Below are positions 32,490 to 36,785 of a stretch of DNA of 36,785 bases, piece after piece. The DNA comes from an uncultured Gammaproteobacteria bacterium (GTDB lineage: Bacteria; Pseudomonadota; Gammaproteobacteria; JADZEE01). Position 1 is the stretch's first letter, and each line of letters starts with the position of its first letter. A model generated the notes under the pieces. The model did no database searches and was not told the DNA's origin. It was given only the letters and a program-made list of their open reading frames with translations. The stretch covers positions 1,624 through 38,408 of the forward strand of contig CAYOJP010000004.1 in assembly GCA_964404305.1 (NCBI GenBank). Reading direction: 5' to 3'. The translations under genes were made by a program, and so were the position numbers.

Positions 32490-33695
32490 ATGTACCGAGA
32501 AGCCACCGCCCCCGTCCCGTCGTTCGAGTCGCTGGACTGGAACCTGTTCGACTTCGCCTACCAGGTGAATCCGTACCGGCACTACCGGTGGCTCCGCGAC
32601 AACGCCCCCCTCCACCGGCTGACGCTGCCCAACGGCCACGTCACGTGGCTCGTCTCCGGCTACGAGGAGGTCCGCCGCATTCTCATGGACCACGACACGT
32701 GGTCCTCCGAAACCGCGGCGGACCTGCCGTGGCTGGTGTTCACGGACCCGCCCAGCCACACCCGCATGCGCGGGGCCATCCAGCGCGCCATGACCGACAA
32801 GGCGATCGCCGCTCTCGATCCGGAAGTGCTGCGCCTGACCCGCGAGATGTTCGCGCCCCTGCGCGCGGCCGGCGGGGGCGACGCGGTACGGTTTGCCGCC
32901 CTGTTGCCGGTAGGGGTCATCGCGCTGATCCTCGGCATCCCCACCGATCGCGCCGCGCAGCTGAGCACCTGGTCCCTGCAGTCGCTCGAGGTGCTCGGCC
33001 AGGTGTTCGGGCGGCCGGTGAGCCCGGAGGCCTACGCCGGCTCGGCGGCGCTGATGGACTACCTGCGCGAGGTGCTGGCGCGCTATGCGACCGCGCCCTC
33101 GCCGAGCATAGGCTCGGACCTCGTGCAGCTCCAGCTCGCCGGCGAGCTGACCGAGCAGGAGGTGCTGCGCTTCGCCCAGTTCCTGTTCGTCGCCGGCCAC
33201 GAGACGACCTCGCACAGCCTGAGCGGCGGCATCGGCATCCTGGCGCAGGACCCGGCGCTGTTCGCCCGTCTCAAGGCCGACCGCTCGCTCGTCCCCGCCT
33301 TCGTTGAGGAAGTCCTGCGCTATCGCCCGGCGCTGCAGGCGACCTCGCGCGTCGCCCGCCGCGCGACCACGCTCGCCGGTGCAGCGGTGCCCGCCGGCAC
33401 CTACGTGCGCGTGATGCTCGGCAACGCGAACATGGACGCCTCGAAGTTTCCCGACCCCGAGCGCTTCGACATCGATCGCGACCGCCAGGCGCTGCTGCAG
33501 CACGTCAGCTTCGGCAAGGGCATCCACACCTGCATCGGCGCCCCGCTCGCCCGCCGCGAGATGCGCATCGCCTTCGAGCACATCCTCGACACCGTGAACG
33601 TGCTGTCGCTGGACCCGGACAATCCCGCCGTCCCGCACGTCGGCGGCTCCACCAACGAGTACGGGTTCGATGCCCTGAACGTCCGCATCGCATGA
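32490..33695 (+). CDS. cytochrome P450
   Basis: I-helix FVAGHETT, EEVLRY (ExxR) and heme-thiolate loop FGKGIHTCIGAPLAR. GGAGAG RBS. Confidence 0.92.
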   Translation: MYREATAPVPSFESLDWNLFDFAYQVNPYRHYRWLRDNAPLHRLTLPNGHVTWLVSGYEEVRRILMDHDTWSSETAADLPWLVFTDPPSHTRMRGAIQRAMTDKAIAALDPEVLRLTREMFAPLRAAGGGDAVRFAALLPVGVIALILGIPTDRAAQLSTWSLQSLEVLGQVFGRPVSPEAYAGSAALMDYLREVLARYATAPSPSIGSDLVQLQLAGELTEQEVLRFAQFLFVAGHETTSHSLSGGIGILAQDPALFARLKADRSLVPAFVEEVLRYRPALQATSRVARRATTLAGAAVPAGTYVRVMLGNANMDASKFPDPERFDIDRDRQALLQHVSFGKGIHTCIGAPLARREMRIAFEHILDTVNVLSLDPDNPAVPHVGGSTNEYGFDALNVRIA

Positions 33696-34768
33696 GCGTG
33701 CCCGCCTTCGCTTTCCGTGCCCTGCCCTGGAACGTGGTGTTCGGCCCGGGCCGGATCGCGCAGGTCGCGCAGGTCGTCGAACGCGTCGGTGGACGGCGCG
33801 CGCTCCTGCTGTGCACGCCCGGCCAGCGCGGACACGCCGAGCGGATCGCGACCCTGCTTGGCCCGGCCGCCGCCGGCATCTTCGATTCCGCCGTGATGCA
33901 CGTGCCGGCGGCGACGGTTGCCGCGGCGAAGGCCGTCGTCGCGTCCACCGGCGCGGACACCGCGATTTCGATCGGTGGCGGTTCGACCACGGGGCTGGCG
34001 AAGATCCTGAAGCTGCACGATGGCATTCGCCACGTCGCCGTCGCGACGACCTACGCCGGCTCGGAGATGACGAACATCTGGGCGATCACCGACGGCGATC
34101 GCAAGACCACCGGTCGCGACGAGCGCGCGGTCCCCTCGGCGGTCATCTACGATCCGGAGCTCACGCTCGGACTGCCGGCACGGGTGGCCGGCCACAGCGG
34201 CTTCAACGCACTCGCGCAATGCGTGGTCAACGTGTGCTCGGGCGTGGCCAACCCGATCGGGGACCTGTTCGCGATCGAGGCAATCGGCGTCATCGCGCGC
34301 GGCCTGCCGCGCGTCGTCGCGCAGCCTGGCGATCTCGATGCGCGTACCGAGATGCTGTACGGCGCCTGCCTCGCCGGCGCCGTCGTCGGGATGGGCACGG
34401 CGGGACTGCATCACCGCCTGTGCCACACGCTGGGCGGCACCTGGCAGACGCCGCATGCCGAGACCCATGCGATCCTGCTGCCGCATTCGGTCGCGCACAA
34501 TGCGCCGGCCGTGCCGGCACAGACGCGGCGCGTGGCCGCCGCGCTGGGCGCCGACGATGCCGCGCGCGCCATCCACGAACTGGCGCTGGCGATCGGCAAC
34601 CACACCGCGCTGCGGGACATCGGCTTTCCGCCCCAGGACATCGACCGCGCGGTGGCGATCACGCTGGAACTGCCGTTCCCCAACCCGCAGCCGGTGACGC
34701 CCGCGAGCCTGCGTCACCTGCTCGAGAACGCCACGCTGGGGCGCCCGCCCTCCGTGCCGCCGGGCTGA
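33692..34768 (+). CDS. maleylacetate reductase (iron-containing alcohol dehydrogenase family)
   Basis: ISIGGGSTTGLAK, TTYAGSEMT and GLHHRLCHTLGG. The ATG overlaps the P450 stop (ATGA). Confidence 0.8.
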   Translation: MSVPAFAFRALPWNVVFGPGRIAQVAQVVERVGGRRALLLCTPGQRGHAERIATLLGPAAAGIFDSAVMHVPAATVAAAKAVVASTGADTAISIGGGSTTGLAKILKLHDGIRHVAVATTYAGSEMTNIWAITDGDRKTTGRDERAVPSAVIYDPELTLGLPARVAGHSGFNALAQCVVNVCSGVANPIGDLFAIEAIGVIARGLPRVVAQPGDLDARTEMLYGACLAGAVVGMGTAGLHHRLCHTLGGTWQTPHAETHAILLPHSVAHNAPAVPAQTRRVAAALGADDAARAIHELALAIGNHTALRDIGFPPQDIDRAVAITLELPFPNPQPVTPASLRHLLENATLGRPPSVPPG

Positions 34769-34870
34769 CAGGACGTGTCACCAGGCCGGGCGATGACACG
34801 AACGTGCGACTGCACCAACCGCCGGCGGTGCTCGGCCGCGCAACCGGTGCGGCCAGACGCCCGGCGGTTC

Positions 34871-35332
34871 TCAGTCCGCCAGCGGATCGAGCACGACGAC
34901 CGGGATCTCGCGCTCGGTCTTGCGCTGGTAGTCCTCGTATGGCGGGAACACGCCGGCCATCATCCGCCACAGCGTCGCGCGCTCGGCGCCGGCGGCGGTA
35001 CGCGCCCGCGCCCGGAACACGCGCTCGCGGATCTGCACGGTCACCGTCGGCTGCGCGACCAGGTTGAGGTACCAGGCCGGGTGCGCCGGCGCGCCGCCGC
35101 GCGAGGCGACGATGACGTAGCCGCCATTCGCCTCGCCGAAGATCAGCGGCAGCGTGAAGTCCAGGCCGGACTTGCGCCCGGTGGTCGTCAGCAGCAGGCA
35201 CGGCGCCGTGCCCTGTCCGCCATGCGGCACCATGTCGAGCAGGTAGCCGTCGGCGCCGTTGGTCGCCAGGTAGCGGCGCAGGTGATCGGCGACGAAATCC
35301 GACATTCCCGGTCGTGCCGAGGTTTCGCTCAC
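34871..35332 (-). CDS. DDN-type (deazaflavin-dependent nitroreductase/quinone reductase family) protein
   Basis: LLLTTTGRKSG...IVASRGGAPAHPAWYLNLVAQPTVTVQI. The GTG start is preceded by GGGAGG at 8 nt. Confidence 0.75.
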   Translation of the reverse strand: MSETSARPGMSDFVADHLRRYLATNGADGYLLDMVPHGGQGTAPCLLLTTTGRKSGLDFTLPLIFGEANGGYVIVASRGGAPAHPAWYLNLVAQPTVTVQIRERVFRARARTAAGAERATLWRMMAGVFPPYEDYQRKTEREIPVVVLDPLAD

Positions 35333-35375
35333 TGGCAGTGCCTCCCGTTCGGTTCGCGCCCCTGCCGGGGCTGGT

Positions 35376-36098
35376 TCAGGGTGCCGGCGCGGCGAGGAAC
35401 GCGGCGACGGCGGCGTGGCCGTTCTCGGCCGCGATGGTCGCCGCGTCCTTGCCCCGGTCGTCGCGCAGTGCCGGATCGGCGCCGCGCGCGACGAGCCGCC
35501 TGACCGTGTCCAGCTGGCCGTAGCCCGCCGCCCACATCAGCGCCGTCAGCGCGTGATGATACCGCGCGTCGACCGGCACGCCACGGTCGAGCAGCAGTTC
35601 GACACAGTCGGTCCGGCCGGCACCGGCCGCGTAAGTCATCGCGGTCTTGTCCACCTGGTCGACCGGTGTGACGTCGGCGCCCGCCTCGAGCAGCGCGGCC
35701 ACGATCCCGGCGTGCCCGGCGTAGGCCGCCGCCATCAGCGGCGTCGTGCCGTCGAGCGCCGCGAGGTCGACGCTCGCGTCGCGCGCGAGCAGTGCCTTCA
35801 CGCCCGCCGGATTGCCCGCCGCCGCGAACATGTGCAACGCGGTGCGCCCGCCGCGGTTGCGGGAGTCGGCGTTTGCGCCCTGGCCGAGCAGCCGCTCGAC
35901 ACGCGCCACATCGCCCTGCCGCGCGAAATCCAGCAGCTGCGCGTTGAGGGTCCGGTCGGGAATGCCCTCCACGGCAAGCGCCGGGGCGGCGAGGCCGAAC
36001 AGCGCGGCGAGCATGCAGGTGCGGACGAGGCGTGTCGATGCGAGCGGGGTCGGAGCGCGAATGGGAAATATTCCTTGCCACGGCGGGATAAATGCCAT
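35376..36098 (-). CDS. ankyrin-repeat protein with probable signal peptide
   Basis: About five to six ANK repeats ([47 protein letters not shown], and so on). Hydrophobic [14 protein letters not shown]. The start is uncertain: 36098 or 36014, neither with an SD. Confidence 0.75.
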   Translation of the reverse strand: MAFIPPWQGIFPIRAPTPLASTRLVRTCMLAALFGLAAPALAVEGIPDRTLNAQLLDFARQGDVARVERLLGQGANADSRNRGGRTALHMFAAAGNPAGVKALLARDASVDLAALDGTTPLMAAAYAGHAGIVAALLEAGADVTPVDQVDKTAMTYAAGAGRTDCVELLLDRGVPVDARYHHALTALMWAAGYGQLDTVRRLVARGADPALRDDRGKDAATIAAENGHAAVAAFLAAPAP

Positions 36099-36201
36099 TG
36101 AATCGCGAGTGTACCCGCACCCGGTGGTTCACAGCACTCGCGGCCGCATTCTGCCGCACTGCCGCATAAGGGACATCTGCAGTTCTCAAGGGAGAGAGCA
36201 C

Positions 36202-36785
36202 ATGCGTAGAAGCACACTCGGAATGGCCATTGCCGCGGCGCTGCTGGCCGGCGCGAGCGGCGCGGTCCTGGCAGGGGCCGAGATCGAGGGCGCGGCCACG
36301 ACGGTCGCCAGGCCCGTGCCCAAGCCGATCGACGTCAGCCAGGCGGCGCTCGACAAGGCCGACGGCGATGCCGCCAACTGGCTGCACTCGAACATGTCGT
36401 ACGGAAATACCCGGTACTACCCGGCCGGGCAGATCAACACCGGCAACGTCGCCGGACTCAAGCCGGCGTTCGTGTTCCAGACCGCGGTGCTGGAGTCGAT
36501 GGAAACCGCGCCGATCGTCGTCGACGGCGTGATGTTCCTCACCACCTCGTACAACCACGTGTACGCGGTCGACGCGGTAACCGGCGAGGAGTTCTGGCAC
36601 TACAAGCACAAGATGGGGCCGATCACGACCTACTGCTGCGGACCGAACAACCGCGGCGTCGCGATCTCCGGCGGCACGCTGTTCATGGGCACGCTCGACG
36701 CGAAGCTGGTCGCGATCGAGGCGAAGACCGGCAAGGTGCTGTGGTCGACGCAGATCGCCGATCCCGAACTGGGCTATTCGGAGAC
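36202..36785 (+). CDS. PQQ-dependent dehydrogenase, methanol/ethanol family (5' partial, continues past the window)
   Basis: Not in the ORF track because it has no stop. My own translation from ATG 36202 (RBS GGGAGAGAG): [24 protein letters not shown] signal, then [38 protein letters not shown], vicinal-Cys [10 protein letters not shown] and [19 protein letters not shown]. Confidence 0.85.
   Translation, partial: MRRSTLGMAIAAALLAGASGAVLAGAEIEGAATTVARPVPKPIDVSQAALDKADGDAANWLHSNMSYGNTRYYPAGQINTGNVAGLKPAFVFQTAVLESMETAPIVVDGVMFLTTSYNHVYAVDAVTGEEFWHYKHKMGPITTYCCGPNNRGVAISGGTLFMGTLDAKLVAIEAKTGKVLWSTQIADPELGYSE

Overview
High-GC (about 70% by eye) chromosomal segment that looks proteobacterial. It is densely coding, with about 40 CDS. 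I recognised no rRNA, tRNA, CRISPR array, IS element or integrase. Layout: (i) 1-8.9 kb holds housekeeping and envelope genes: mazG, an HNH nuclease, an ABM monooxygenase, tpm, an aminotransferase, a CoA-type NUDIX hydrolase, an OprI/Lpp-like lipoprotein convergent with a YkuD L,D-transpeptidase, a DUF423-lipoprotein pair and a phytase-like esterase. (ii) 8.9-27.8 kb is a block of 13 soluble enzymes plus one winged-helix regulator, with no transporter. It comprises five transcription units: LLM-ALDH-FAD oxidase-hydrolase; cyclase-acyl-CoA ligase; HyuA-HyuB; thiolase-LLM; and an XDH-type Mo-hydroxylase (FAD, 2Fe-2S and Mo subunits). (iii) 27.88-28.08 kb is a composite REP-like repeat that also encodes the C-terminal tail and stop codon of a DHH-family gene. 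(iv) 28-36.8 kb holds an NmrA/LysR pair, a TetR-controlled VOC-P450-maleylacetate reductase operon, an ankyrin-DDN (deazaflavin-type nitroreductase) pair, and the 5' part of a PQQ-dependent dehydrogenase that runs off the window. I see no defence, toxin or secretion system. The best candidate for an undescribed system is the HyuAB-centred catabolic block, whose substrate cannot be deduced from sequence alone. I give two competing pathway models (ATP-dependent lactam opening versus ketone carboxylation). All family calls rest on motifs read by eye from the translations; no database search was possible. Many long ORFs in the supplied track are antisense or off-frame shadows typical of high-GC DNA, and I rejected them.
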